From positions 18,665 through 82,664 of the forward strand of contig JALFSR010000015.1 of assembly GCA_022778745.1 (NCBI GenBank): 64,000 bases of DNA. Direction: 5' to 3'. The position numbers and the translations under genes were made by a program. This document shows positions 1 to 10,376 of this stretch, one piece after another (positions within the stretch are counted from its first letter, which is position 1; each line of letters starts with the position of its first letter). This DNA comes from Clostridiales bacterium (lineage in GTDB: Bacteria > Bacillota > Clostridia > Lachnospirales > Lachnospiraceae). The notes under the pieces are model-generated. The model ran no database searches and was not told where the DNA came from. It saw nothing but the letters and a program-made list of their open reading frames with translations.

Positions 1-5
1 TAGAT

Positions 6-533
6 TTGAATTTTCTTGATGTTCAATTTGAGATTGCCATTCGCCCAGTGGACCATTTCTCTGTGAATGGAATGGATGAGGCAGAATTTTTAATATCGAC
101 AAATCCAGGAGAACAGATTCGCCCATTAAAAGAGATCGCTTCTGGGGGTGAATTATCTCGAATTATGCTTGCGATTAAAACAGTTCTTGCAAAAAGCGAT
201 GAAAGTATTACTTTGATTTTTGATGAAATTGATACTGGAATCAGTGGACGTACTGCACAAAAGGTATCAGAAAAATTGTCATTAATCAGCAAAAATCATC
301 AAGTGATTTGTATTAGTCATCTTGCTCAAATTGTTGCGATGGCAGATCATCATTTCTTAATTCAGAAGGATGCCATCAATCAAGTCACAATGACAACAAT
401 TAATGAATTGGACGACACCAAAATCGTACAAGAATTAGCACGATTGCTTGGTGGTACAGAAATTACGCAAAAAACACTAGATTCTGCCATTGAGATGAAA
501 GATCTGGCAAATCGGACAAAAATAACAAAATAA
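6..533 (+). CDS. recN: DNA repair protein RecN, 3' part (gene begins left of the window)
   Basis: ABC signature ASGGELSRIMLA, Walker B LIFDEIDTGISG, ICISHLAQI and C-terminal ELARLLGG; recN-spoIVB-spo0A order is typical. Confidence 0.95.
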   Translation: MNFLDVQFEIAIRPVDHFSVNGMDEAEFLISTNPGEQIRPLKEIASGGELSRIMLAIKTVLAKSDESITLIFDEIDTGISGRTAQKVSEKLSLISKNHQVICISHLAQIVAMADHHFLIQKDAINQVTMTTINELDDTKIVQELARLLGGTEITQKTLDSAIEMKDLANRTKITK

Positions 534-547
534 AATAAAAAAAATAA

Positions 548-576
548 GTGTACATTTTCGGATTGTTCACATACTA
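548..576 (+). promoter_or_regulatory. Putative forespore (sigma-G/F type) promoter of spoIVB
   Basis: GTGTA (548-552), 17 bp spacer, CATACTA (570-576); the same layout is found upstream of the SASP gene. Confidence 0.5.
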
Positions 577-612
577 TCCTTGCAATGATTTTAAAAGAAG
601 GATGGTGGGACA

Positions 613-1890
613 ATGGCGATAAAAAAGAAACAAAGACGCAGATGGATGATATTTTTTACTTTTGCTATGTGTATAATCATATTTTTGATATACAGCTGGA
701 ATGACAAAATTCCAGATTCTATTTACCTTGAAGCAGGGGAAAGAAATGAAGTCAATCTGCGTTTGCCATTCAATGCGAGTATTGAAGTACAAAGCAGCGA
801 GGCTGTGATGAACAAGGACATCTATGTAGCGAAAGTCAATCCAGCAATCAATCAACCATTTTCCATTTATATTCCGAAAACAGGAAAATATGAATTATCA
901 TTAAAATTATTTGGAATCTGGAATGTAAAGGATATTGAAGTAAATGCAATAGAGCCCGAGTATTTACTGCCAGTAGGTTTTCCAGTAGGAATCTACTTGC
1001 AGTCCGACGGAATTTTCGTAATTGGAACATCAAAATTAACGGATTGTCAGGGAAACACCAGTGAACCTGCAAAAGATATTGTCAAAACTGGGGATTATAT
1101 TGTCAAAATGAATGGAAAGAAAATCCCAAACAAAGAATCTTTTATGCGAATGCTCAATGAAAATGGAATGCAGGATATTCAATTGACAATACGAAGGGAA
1201 AAAGAAGAAGTGGATGTACGTGTTCATCCTGTGAATACTGCACCAGGAGAATATAAATTAGGGCTATGGGTGAGAGATGATACGCAAGGAATTGGAACAG
1301 TAACATATATTGACAAGAAAAACCAATTTGGTGCATTGGGACATGGGATCAGCGATTCGGATACGAGTCTGCTTATGGAAGCAGCAGCAGGAAGTCTGTA
1401 TGAGACTGATATTTATACAATAATAAAAGGAACGGCAGGGAGTCCCGGTTCTCTCTCTGGAACAATTTGCTATGGCAGAGATCATCAATATGGAACGATT
1501 GATGCGAATACAGTACGAGGGATTTTTGGAACAGTAAACGAAAAATTAAAACAACAAGTCCAGGGAGAATGGATATTAGCAGGATATAAGCAAGATGTAC
1601 ACAAAGGAAATGCTCATATTCGTACAAATATAGATGGAACGACGAAAGATTATAAAATTCAAATATTAGAAGTGAATGTTTCCTCCCATAATAATCAAAA
1701 GGGAATTGTATTGCAAGTTACAGATGAGGAATTGTTGAAGAAGACTGGAGGTATTGTGCAGGGAATGAGCGGAAGTCCGATTATTCAGGATGGAAAGTTG
1801 ATTGGAGCAGTGACACATGTCTTTATTCAAGATTCAACAAAAGGGTACGGCATATTTTTGGAAGAAATGAAACAAATGAGTGAAAAATAA
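613..1890 (+). CDS. spoIVB: SpoIVB peptidase (S55) with PDZ domain
   Basis: N-terminal TM segment, PDZ region, LGLWVRDDTQGIGT, FGALGHGI and catalytic GIVQGMSGSPIIQDGKLIGAVTHV. Confidence 0.95.
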   Translation: MAIKKKQRRRWMIFFTFAMCIIIFLIYSWNDKIPDSIYLEAGERNEVNLRLPFNASIEVQSSEAVMNKDIYVAKVNPAINQPFSIYIPKTGKYELSLKLFGIWNVKDIEVNAIEPEYLLPVGFPVGIYLQSDGIFVIGTSKLTDCQGNTSEPAKDIVKTGDYIVKMNGKKIPNKESFMRMLNENGMQDIQLTIRREKEEVDVRVHPVNTAPGEYKLGLWVRDDTQGIGTVTYIDKKNQFGALGHGISDSDTSLLMEAAAGSLYETDIYTIIKGTAGSPGSLSGTICYGRDHQYGTIDANTVRGIFGTVNEKLKQQVQGEWILAGYKQDVHKGNAHIRTNIDGTTKDYKIQILEVNVSSHNNQKGIVLQVTDEELLKKTGGIVQGMSGSPIIQDGKLIGAVTHVFIQDSTKGYGIFLEEMKQMSEK

Positions 1891-1912
1891 GTGTTGAAAA
1901 ATATAAAAATAA

Positions 1913-1919
1913 TGTCGAA
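1913..1919 (+). promoter_or_regulatory. Spo0A box upstream of spo0A
   Basis: Exact TGTCGAA about 200 bp before spo0A; a near match TGTTGAA at 1892-1898. Confidence 0.55.
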
Positions 1920-2119
1920 AAATGTCACAAACAGCGGAGGTTTTTGTTTGTTTCAAATATTGTGGGTGCCTATAATGAAACTTGTGTGTTATTATTTAAC
2001 ACTTCATAATAATTGGGGCATATTTTAACGAAAGTGATAGAATAGTCACTTTACCTGCTGCTATTCACGACAGTCCAGAATAGCCATCTTGCCTTAAAAT
2101 TTGAATAGGGGGCTCAGAA

Positions 2120-2926
2120 ATGACAAAATTAAATGTAGCGATCGCTGACGATAACGAAAGAATTGTGGAATTACTAGATGATATCTTGACAGCGGAGGAA
2201 GACATTAATGTTGTAGGAACAGCAAAAGATGGAGAAGAAACTTGTCGTCTCATTCGTGACAAAGAGCCAGATGTTGTGTTATTGGATCTGGTTATGCCAA
2301 GAATTGACGGGTTAAGTGTGATGGATAAGATCAAACATGACAGAAACGTAAAAAAGATGCCATCTTTTATTATTGTTTCAGGAATTACGAAAGAGCCTGT
2401 GCCAGGAGATGCAATTAATATGGGTGCGTCCTATTATATTATGAAGCCATTTGATAATAATTTAATAATCAATCGGGTAAGACAAATTGGCGCAAATAAT
2501 GTACAGAGAGATACACAGGGAAAAACTTTGCCATCTTATATGGAGGCAAAATTACAAAATGAAGAGAGAAATTTAGAACATGATGTAACAAATATGATAC
2601 ATGAGATTGGTGTGCCAGCTCATATAAAAGGCTATCAATATTTGAGAGATGCAATTATTATGTGTATCCAAGATATGGATATGTTAAATTCAATTACAAA
2701 AGCACTATATCCAGAAATCGCAAAACATTATCAGACGACACCAAGCAGAGTAGAACGTGCGATTCGCCATGCAATCGAAGTAGCATGGAGCAGAGGAAAA
2801 ATGGATACCATTGATGAATTATTTGGATATACTGTAAATAATGGAAAAGGAAAGCCTACTAATTCGGAATTTATCGCTTTGATTTCTGATAAAATTCGTT
2901 TAGAATATAAAATTCAAAAAAAATAA
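2120..2926 (+). CDS. spo0A: Sporulation master regulator Spo0A
   Basis: Receiver domain plus [35 protein letters not shown] and [17 protein letters not shown]. Confidence 0.98.
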   Translation: MTKLNVAIADDNERIVELLDDILTAEEDINVVGTAKDGEETCRLIRDKEPDVVLLDLVMPRIDGLSVMDKIKHDRNVKKMPSFIIVSGITKEPVPGDAINMGASYYIMKPFDNNLIINRVRQIGANNVQRDTQGKTLPSYMEAKLQNEERNLEHDVTNMIHEIGVPAHIKGYQYLRDAIIMCIQDMDMLNSITKALYPEIAKHYQTTPSRVERAIRHAIEVAWSRGKMDTIDELFGYTVNNGKGKPTNSEFIALISDKIRLEYKIQKK

Positions 2927-3048
2927 AAAATATAACAATCTGGCCGCAAAAAAATACAGGAAATATGTATAAAATCAAAAGAAACTACTTTAAAAAATTC
3001 TAATTCTAGTGTATAATATATACAAAACGAAAATTTAGGAGGATTAGG

Positions 3049-4584
3049 ATGAAAAAAATATTATTTGCGGCATCAGAATGCGTTCCATTTATTAAAACAG
3101 GAGGATTAGCAGATGTAGTAGGATCATTACCAAAGTATTTTAATAAGGAAGAATATGATGTACGTGTAATGATTCCAAAGTATTTATGTATTAAAGAGGA
3201 ACTTCGTTCAAAAATGAAGTATGTAACACATTTCTATACCGATTTTTGCTGGAGAAACCAGTATGTTGGAATATTGGAGATGGAGTATGACGGAATTAAA
3301 TTTTACTTTATTGACAGTGAATTTTACTTCGGTGGTTCTTGGCCTTACAGCAACATGTATGAGGATATTGAAAAGTTCTGTTTCTTCTCAAAAGCAGTTC
3401 TTTCTTGTCTTCCATTGATTGGATTCCGTCCAGATATCATTCATTGTCACGACTGGCAGACTGGTCTTGTTCCAGTTTACTTAAATGACAGCTTCCAGGG
3501 TGATCCATTCTTCTGGGGAATTAAGACAATCTTCACAATTCATAATTTAAAATTCCAAGGAGTATGGGATGTAAACACAATCCGTAATATGTCAGGATTA
3601 TCTGATTACTATTTCACAAGCGATAAGTTGGAAGCATACAACAATGGTAACTTATTAAAGGGTGGTCTTGTATATGCTGACAAAATTACTACAGTAAGTA
3701 ATAGTTATGCAGAAGAGATTAAGATGCCATTCTATGGTGAGGGTCTGGATGGACTTCTTCGTGCACGTTCTAATAGCTTAAGTGGTATTGTAAATGGTAT
3801 TGATTACGCATTTTATAATCCAGAGACAGATAAGGATATTGCTGCAAATTATACAGTTGAGACAGTATTTGAGCAGAAAGCAAAGAATAAAGAAGCACTG
3901 CAAAGGGAATTAGGATTAAAAGTGAATCCAGATGCATTTATGATCGGTATTGTTTCCCGACTCACTGACCAGAAGGGATTTGACTTAATTGACTGTGTGA
4001 TTGAGCAGATTTGCAGTGAAGATGTACAGCTTGTTGTACTTGGTACAGGCGAGACAAGATATGAGAATCTGTTTAAGGTTTATGCAAAGAAATATCCAGA
4101 TCGTGTTTCAGCAAGTATTTTCTATTCAGAAGCATTGTCCCATCGAATTTATGCAAGCTGTGATGCGTTCCTTATGCCATCTCTGTTTGAGCCATGTGGC
4201 TTAAGCCAGCTGATGAGTCTGCGCTATGGTACATTGCCAATCGTTCGTGAGACAGGCGGATTGAGAGATACCGTTCAGCCATATAATGAAATTGATGGAA
4301 GCGGAACAGGATTCTCATTTGCAAACTATAATGCACATGAGATGCTTGGCATTATTAATTATGCAAAGAAAGTATACTATAACGATCGCCAGGCATGGAA
4401 TAAGATGGTAGTGGCAGCGATGGAAAAAGACTTCTCTTGGAATTCAGCTGCAAGAGTTTACGAGAAGCTGTATGATGATCTGCTTACTCCAGTGGAGCCA
4501 GAAGAAAAGGAAAAAGAAGTAAATACTGCAGAAGAAGTAGCAGAAACTGTAGAAGAAGCAAAAGAAATAGAGAAAGAAGAATAA
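3049..4584 (+). CDS. glgA: Glycogen synthase (GT5) with acidic C-terminal tail
   Basis: KTGGLADV, IHCHDWQTG, PSLFEPCGLSQL and RETGGLRDTV motifs. Confidence 0.96.
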   Translation: MKKILFAASECVPFIKTGGLADVVGSLPKYFNKEEYDVRVMIPKYLCIKEELRSKMKYVTHFYTDFCWRNQYVGILEMEYDGIKFYFIDSEFYFGGSWPYSNMYEDIEKFCFFSKAVLSCLPLIGFRPDIIHCHDWQTGLVPVYLNDSFQGDPFFWGIKTIFTIHNLKFQGVWDVNTIRNMSGLSDYYFTSDKLEAYNNGNLLKGGLVYADKITTVSNSYAEEIKMPFYGEGLDGLLRARSNSLSGIVNGIDYAFYNPETDKDIAANYTVETVFEQKAKNKEALQRELGLKVNPDAFMIGIVSRLTDQKGFDLIDCVIEQICSEDVQLVVLGTGETRYENLFKVYAKKYPDRVSASIFYSEALSHRIYASCDAFLMPSLFEPCGLSQLMSLRYGTLPIVRETGGLRDTVQPYNEIDGSGTGFSFANYNAHEMLGIINYAKKVYYNDRQAWNKMVVAAMEKDFSWNSAARVYEKLYDDLLTPVEPEEKEKEVNTAEEVAETVEEAKEIEKEE

Positions 4585-4587
4585 TCC

Positions 4588-5193
4588 ATGTCATTAGAAC
4601 AGATTGTTCGGGTATGTAAACAGAGACGGACCTTCCATCGGAAGGTCCGTCATTGGGTACAAGATGAAGCCTGGATAAAAAATAAAGAATATGAAAAAGA
4701 TAAGAAATATTATAATTGTGTAAAAGATATTTTAGAAAATCCAGCGTTTCAAATGATGGCAAAGTTTACACAGCATGGGTCTACTTCGACACAGGTACAT
4801 TGTATTCAAGTGTCGTATTTGAGTTATCGAATTGCAAAAAAACTAGAACTGGATTTCTATACCGCAGCACGCGGAGGACTATTGCACGATTTGTTCTTAT
4901 ATGATTGGCATACACATAAAGAGGAGACTGGAAATCATTTTCACGGATTAACGCATCCTCGCGTAGCCTTAAAAAATGCAGAAAAGGAATTTTTACTGTC
5001 TCGTGCAGAAAAGGATATTATTCTACATCATATGTGGCCGTTGACAATTATTCCTCCAAAGACAAAAGAAGGATACATTATTGTATATGCAGATAAGCAT
5101 TGTAGTTTATCGGAAGTAGTGATACGATTGCAGCACCAAAAGAATAAAAAAAATTATCAAAATTCAATGGAAAACAAAGGAAAAAATTTATAA
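4588..5193 (+). CDS. HD-domain phosphohydrolase
   Basis: QHG..H..VSY, GLLHDLFLYDW, DIILHHMWP and YADK motifs. Confidence 0.85.
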   Translation: MSLEQIVRVCKQRRTFHRKVRHWVQDEAWIKNKEYEKDKKYYNCVKDILENPAFQMMAKFTQHGSTSTQVHCIQVSYLSYRIAKKLELDFYTAARGGLLHDLFLYDWHTHKEETGNHFHGLTHPRVALKNAEKEFLLSRAEKDIILHHMWPLTIIPPKTKEGYIIVYADKHCSLSEVVIRLQHQKNKKNYQNSMENKGKNL

Positions 5194-5483
5194 AAACTAG
5201 TTGATTTTTAAATTTTTTTTCGATATAGTACAGATAAGCCATTCATCGCTATAGTCAGACTGCATTTATAATAGAGCAGACAATGAATATCTGCATTATG
5301 AATAGAAATTTCATGTATGTTAGTATCAGAGATGAGTCGTTTATAAAATATGTGCAAATGAAAACAATAGGTAGAAAAAAGAACGTGATTCAATATCTTG
5401 AGTAGCCTAATTTTAATACAAAGCAATTGAATTACGAGTTTTTTCATCGCTGTTTTAGCTGGAAGGGCAGCATGGAGATTATT

Positions 5484-6050
5484 ATGAAAATTTTAGGAAT
5501 GGATATTTATAATTTTGCACTCTGGTTTTTTATATTCAGCTTCTTTGGATATATATTAGAGTGCATTGTACTTTCTATAGAAAATCGCAAGTTTGTCTAT
5601 GACAGAGGATTTTGTCATTTGCCATTTTGCATTATCTATGGAATTGGAGCAGCAGGTGCACTGTTCATATTAAAGCCAATTGCGTACAATTTGCTGTTAC
5701 TTTTTGTTGCAAGTTCTATTGCGGCGACGTTGCTGGAATTAGTGACCGCCCGTGTTATGATATGTCTTTTTGGAAGTCTTTGGTGGGATTACAGTAAGAA
5801 AAGATATAATTATAAAGGAATTATTTGTTTAGAAAGCAGCATTGCATGGGGTTTTATGGGAATTTTTATTGTATGTTTTTTAAGTGGATTTATGCGTTCT
5901 ATTGCGTTAAGAATTCCAGATGAGCTAACGAAATATTTGGCAATTATACTTGTGTTTACATATGGAGCTGATTTTATATACTGTTTTATTCATAGACTGT
6001 GCCATCCTGATCAGATTAAAGATATTGATGGAAGAATGAAAGTAGTTTAA
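5484..6050 (+). CDS. Membrane protein of the putative ABC-permease (DUF1113/CmpB-like) family
   Basis: FFIFSFFGYILE, RGF..LPFCIIYG, WWDYS...NYKGIICL; several TM segments. Start moved to ATG 5484 after GGAG. Confidence 0.75.
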   Translation: MKILGMDIYNFALWFFIFSFFGYILECIVLSIENRKFVYDRGFCHLPFCIIYGIGAAGALFILKPIAYNLLLLFVASSIAATLLELVTARVMICLFGSLWWDYSKKRYNYKGIICLESSIAWGFMGIFIVCFLSGFMRSIALRIPDELTKYLAIILVFTYGADFIYCFIHRLCHPDQIKDIDGRMKVV

Positions 6051-6115
6051 GAACATTTTTTGTTTCTAAATATTATATTGAATACGAAGACAATAAACTT
6101 TTATAACAATATTAA

Positions 6116-6157
6116 AGAAAGCCACAATTCAGCGATAAAGCAAAATTGTGGCTTTCT
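6116..6157. terminator. Bidirectional intrinsic terminator
   Basis: Perfect 14-bp stem AGAAAGCCACAATT/AATTGTGGCTTTCT between convergent genes. Confidence 0.75.
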
Positions 6158-6177
6158 GTCAATTAATCGGTTTGTTT

Positions 6178-7926
6178 TTAATCTGTTATCAGCTTAATTG
6201 TGCGGATATCAGGAGATGCAATCAATGAATAATTCGTGTGGTAGATGACAAATCCTGGCTTGCCGCCAGCTGGCTTTTTGACTTGTTTTTTGTCGATATA
6301 ATCAATCTCTACTTTTTCGGATTCTCTTCCCTTAGAATAATAAGCAGCAAGTTTTCCAGCTTCCTCATATGTCCGATCAGGAACTTCCCTTCCGTTCGTA
6401 CGAATAATGACGTGAGAGCCTGGAATTTTTTTTGCGTGCATCCATATATCTTTTCCTTCTGCAAAATGAAAAGTTAATTCATCATTTTGATAATTATTTT
6501 TTCCAACATAAATATCAAATCCATCTGAGGAGACATAATGGTATGGTTTGCTTAAAACTTTTACTTTTTTATTTCCTTTTTGTGCAGAGGCATGCTTTTT
6601 CATGTAACCATATTGAACCATCTCCTGTCGGATCTCGGTGAGATCATCAACTGAAACTGCCATATCAATGGCGGTTCGGATGGACTCAAGATGTTCGATT
6701 TCTTCTTCCGTCTCAACTAATAAATGAGATAATGCTTCATGAGTACGCTTTAATTTGTTATAGCGTTCAAAATACTTTTTTGCATTTTCTTGTGCAGATA
6801 AATCAGGATCTAATGGAATTGTCAGGGGTTCATTTGTATAATAATTGATAACTTCTAATTGTTTAGCATTTTCTTTTGCTTCATATCCATACGTATTCAG
6901 CAATTCGCCGTAAACACGATATTTTTCACGTTTTTTTGTATTTTTTAACTGCTTTAACTGAAGATCATATTTTTTATTGCTTCGCTCTAAATGTGTCTGA
7001 ACAACACGGCGCAGTTCTGCCGATTTTTGGCGAATTCTTGTAATTAGATTACGAGTGGAATAATATGTTTCTAATACTTCGCTGATAGAAGAAAATGTTT
7101 CAATTATATGATCAGCATAGCTTTCCAATAAGACAGAACAAAATTCAATCGGTTCTTCTTCCCGATAAATAATATTTGGGGTGAACAGACCTTCTTTAAC
7201 ATCTTGCATAAATTGAAAGAAGACATTTCCAAGATGCAGTTTTTCTATATCGCTGCATGCAGATGCCTGTTTGGAAGAATCAATGCCGCTTCGAGCAACG
7301 ATTTCTTCTGCGACGAGTGGACTAATTCCAGTATAATGCATATAAATTGTCTTGGCGATATTTTGGTTGCCAGCAAAATGAGCAGCAAAGCTTTGTGCAG
7401 TCATCTGTTTCGGATCTTGTTTTTCCATTGTATCTGGAATAAAATAAGGTCTTCCAGGAAGAACCTCACGAACAGAACTCATTGATGCAGGAACATGTTT
7501 GATACTGTCCAATATCATAGAGCAGTCATTGCAAAAAATAATATTGCTGTGTTTTCCCATCAATTCGATGATGAGATGCTTTCGGCATAAATCGCCCATT
7601 TCATTTAAATGTTCGATTTCGATATCAACGATACGTTCTAGTCCAGGCTGAGTAATTGAAATAATTTTTCCATTGCCGATATGCTTTCTAAGAAGCATAC
7701 AAAAGTTTGGAGCAGTTAAAGGATTTGGTTTATTTTTTTCTGTAAAATAGATCAGAGGAAGTCCTGCACTTGCAGAAACAAACAGTCGCTGGGCAGTTTT
7801 TCCAGATTTTATTGTAAGAAGCAATTCATCTGCCTCTGGCTGCGCAATTTTTGAAATACGACCTCCAAGAATGCGGGTATTCATTTCTTTTACAACAGAA
7901 GCGATAACAACGCCGTCTAATGCCAT
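6178..7926 (-). CDS. rqcH: NFACT family protein RqcH/Rqc2 (FbpA-like ribosome quality control factor)
   Basis: MALDG start with GGAGG, FCMLLRKH, LIIELMGKHSNIIF, YVGKNNYQND, WMHAKKIPGSHVII. Confidence 0.92.
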   Translation of the reverse strand: MALDGVVIASVVKEMNTRILGGRISKIAQPEADELLLTIKSGKTAQRLFVSASAGLPLIYFTEKNKPNPLTAPNFCMLLRKHIGNGKIISITQPGLERIVDIEIEHLNEMGDLCRKHLIIELMGKHSNIIFCNDCSMILDSIKHVPASMSSVREVLPGRPYFIPDTMEKQDPKQMTAQSFAAHFAGNQNIAKTIYMHYTGISPLVAEEIVARSGIDSSKQASACSDIEKLHLGNVFFQFMQDVKEGLFTPNIIYREEEPIEFCSVLLESYADHIIETFSSISEVLETYYSTRNLITRIRQKSAELRRVVQTHLERSNKKYDLQLKQLKNTKKREKYRVYGELLNTYGYEAKENAKQLEVINYYTNEPLTIPLDPDLSAQENAKKYFERYNKLKRTHEALSHLLVETEEEIEHLESIRTAIDMAVSVDDLTEIRQEMVQYGYMKKHASAQKGNKKVKVLSKPYHYVSSDGFDIYVGKNNYQNDELTFHFAEGKDIWMHAKKIPGSHVIIRTNGREVPDRTYEEAGKLAAYYSKGRESEKVEIDYIDKKQVKKPAGGKPGFVIYHTNYSLIASPDIRTIKLITD

Positions 7927-8095
7927 AGTAACCTCCATTTCGTTGTCAGAAACAGGATGCTTTTTATGAGATAAATTCAATAAAATAGAGTGAATTTTCA
8001 AGTATCTTCTGTATTGCTCATCAAGTTTATGACAATAATCGTTTTTTCTTTTATCAGTATACCATAAAATTCACACAATTAAAAGATTTGTTTGG

Positions 8096-8124
8096 TTGAC
8101 TCTTAGTATATTTTCGCTTATAAT
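8096..8124 (+). promoter_or_regulatory. Sigma-A promoter of the yicC-remA-gmk-rpoZ operon
   Basis: TTGACT-17 bp-TATAAT. Confidence 0.7.
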
Positions 8125-8169
8125 AGATAGGACAATGAATAGCAAATAATAGGGCATTAGGAGGCTGCT

Positions 8170-9042
8170 ATGTTAAAAAGTATGACTGGATTCGGACGAT
8201 ATGAGCTCAGTGAACGCAAGGTGATTGTGGAGGCTAAGTCAGTCAATCACCGCTATTTGGATATAACAATTAAAATGCCAAAAAAGTTTAATTGTTTTGA
8301 GTCTGCGATCCGTAATATAGTAAAAGACAATGTACAGCGTGGAAAAATTGATCTGTTTTTGAGTTATGAAAGCGAGATAGAATCAAATGTGACAGTACAG
8401 TATAATTCTATGTTGGCACAGGAATATATGAATTGCTTCCAAAGTATAAAAGAACAGTTTGGTGTAAAGGATGATATATCAGTGTCTATGATTGGAAACC
8501 TCCCAGAAGTTTTAACAATGAAGCATGCAGAAGAAAATGTAGAAGATCTTTGGGAAAGTATTAAAACAGCAACAGAAGAGGCATTAAAAAAATTAGTAGA
8601 GACAAGAATATCCGAAGGAGAGCAGTTAAAGCATGATTTATTAGGAAAATTAGATCGAATGTTGGAACTCGTTCAAAAAATTGAAGTACGTTCTCCTGTT
8701 GTTGTAGAAGAATATCGAAAGCGTCTTGAAGAAAAAGTAAGAGAATTACTTGATACTACCATAATAGATGAAAGCAGAATTGTTACAGAAGTTACGATTT
8801 TTGCCGATAAAGTTTGTGTGGATGAAGAGATTGTTCGCCTGAAAAGTCATATATTACATACAAAAGAAGCACTTACACAGCAAGAGGGGATTGGCAGAAA
8901 ACTAGATTTCATTGCACAGGAAATGAATCGTGAAGCAAATACGATTCTTTCAAAATCAAATGACAGGGAACTTTCTGATTTTGCTATTGAATTAAAGACA
9001 GAAATTGAAAAAGTGAGAGAACAAATTCAAAATATTGAATAG
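8170..9042 (+). CDS. yicC: YicC/YloC family endoribonuclease
   Basis: MLKSMTGFGR, SVNHRYLD, GRKLDFIAQEMNREANTILSK, EKVREQIQNIE. Confidence 0.93.
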   Translation: MLKSMTGFGRYELSERKVIVEAKSVNHRYLDITIKMPKKFNCFESAIRNIVKDNVQRGKIDLFLSYESEIESNVTVQYNSMLAQEYMNCFQSIKEQFGVKDDISVSMIGNLPEVLTMKHAEENVEDLWESIKTATEEALKKLVETRISEGEQLKHDLLGKLDRMLELVQKIEVRSPVVVEEYRKRLEEKVRELLDTTIIDESRIVTEVTIFADKVCVDEEIVRLKSHILHTKEALTQQEGIGRKLDFIAQEMNREANTILSKSNDRELSDFAIELKTEIEKVREQIQNIE

Positions 9043-9055
9043 TGAGGATGTTTGA

Positions 9056-9337
9056 ATGTTTGTAAATATTGGTTTTGGCAACTTTATCAATTCTGCACAG
9101 ATTATTTCAATCTCGCGGTTTGACTCGGCTCCAATGAAGCGTTTAGTACAAGGAGCAAAGGACAAAGGAATGGCGATTGATGCGACACAAGGAAGAAAGA
9201 CAAAATCGGTCATCGTTACATTAGGAGGATATGTAGTATTGTCTGCTCTGCTGCCAGATACGCTGGCAGGGAGACTGCCATCAGGTCTGGCAGAAGGAGC
9301 AGAACAGGAAATTGCAGTAGAACAGAATGGAGAGTAA
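9056..9337 (+). CDS. remA: RemA (DUF370) extracellular matrix regulator
   Basis: VNIGFGN, SAPMKRLVQ, IDATQGRKTKSVIVT; position between yicC and gmk. Confidence 0.9.
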   Translation: MFVNIGFGNFINSAQIISISRFDSAPMKRLVQGAKDKGMAIDATQGRKTKSVIVTLGGYVVLSALLPDTLAGRLPSGLAEGAEQEIAVEQNGE

Positions 9338-9340
9338 ACA

Positions 9341-9973
9341 ATGAATCAGACAGGTGTTATGGTAGTTGTATCTGGTTTCTCAGGAGTCGGTAAAGGTACA
9401 ATTATTAAATCTTTAGTAAGTCAGTATGACAATTATGCATTGTCAATTTCGGCTACTTCTAGGATGCCGAGAAAGGGAGAATGTGACGGAGTACACTATT
9501 TTTTTAAGACAAGAGAACAATTTGAGCAGATGATTCAGGAAAAAAAATTGATTGAATATGCTCAATATGTAAATAATTATTATGGAACACCAGCCGATTA
9601 TGTGTTTTCACAGATGGAAGCTGGAAAAGATGTAATATTAGAAATTGAAGTGCAGGGTGCTTTACAGATTAAGCACAAATATCCGCAGGCAGTTCTTGTT
9701 TTTATTGCTCCGCCAAGTGCAGCTGAATTAGAGAGACGTCTCGTAGGAAGGGGAACTGAGCCAGAAGAAACGATACGAGAACGTTTGACTCAGGCTGCAA
9801 GAGAATCATATTATATGGATCGTTACGATTATATTATCGTTAATGATAAATTAGAACATTGTGTAAGTCAATTACATGACTTGATTCAATGCCAGCACGA
9901 TAAGTGCGCCTATCAACAACAATTTATAGAAGATATGAAAGATGATTTAAAAATCTTTTTGAAAGGAGAATGA
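9341..9973 (+). CDS. gmk: Guanylate kinase
   Basis: SGFSGVGKGT P-loop, SISATSR, YYGTP, LEIEVQGA. Confidence 0.96.
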   Translation: MNQTGVMVVVSGFSGVGKGTIIKSLVSQYDNYALSISATSRMPRKGECDGVHYFFKTREQFEQMIQEKKLIEYAQYVNNYYGTPADYVFSQMEAGKDVILEIEVQGALQIKHKYPQAVLVFIAPPSAAELERRLVGRGTEPEETIRERLTQAARESYYMDRYDYIIVNDKLEHCVSQLHDLIQCQHDKCAYQQQFIEDMKDDLKIFLKGE

Positions 9974-9974
9974 T

Positions 9975-10310
9975 ATGTTACATCCATCTTATTCTGATTT
10001 AATTAATGTAGTAAACAGCGAGGTAGAACCAGGAGAACAGCCAGTTGTTCAGAGCCGTTATTCAATCGTTATTGCGACAGCAAAGCGTGCAAGACAGATC
10101 ATTGGCGGAGAAGAGCCATTAGTAAGAGGATTTGCAGGAAAGAAACCACTTTCAACAGCAGTAGAAGAATTATACCGTGGCAAAGTAAAGATCATGGGAG
10201 ATGAGGCAGATGAAGTCGAAGATGCTGATATGGTTGAAGCAGAACAGGCAGAAGATGCTGAAGTGAAGAAAATTGTTGAAAAAAATTTGCATCATGCAGA
10301 GAACGAATAA
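9975..10310 (+). CDS. rpoZ: RNA polymerase omega subunit with acidic tail
   Basis: MLHPSY..L, SRYSIVIATAKRARQI, KPLSTAVEEL; follows gmk. Confidence 0.92.
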   Translation: MLHPSYSDLINVVNSEVEPGEQPVVQSRYSIVIATAKRARQIIGGEEPLVRGFAGKKPLSTAVEELYRGKVKIMGDEADEVEDADMVEAEQAEDAEVKKIVEKNLHHAENE

Positions 10311-10376
10311 AATAGAAGGAGAATTATAGTACACGTATCATATAAGACTTGAATCGTGTATTGCATGTAATAAAAA

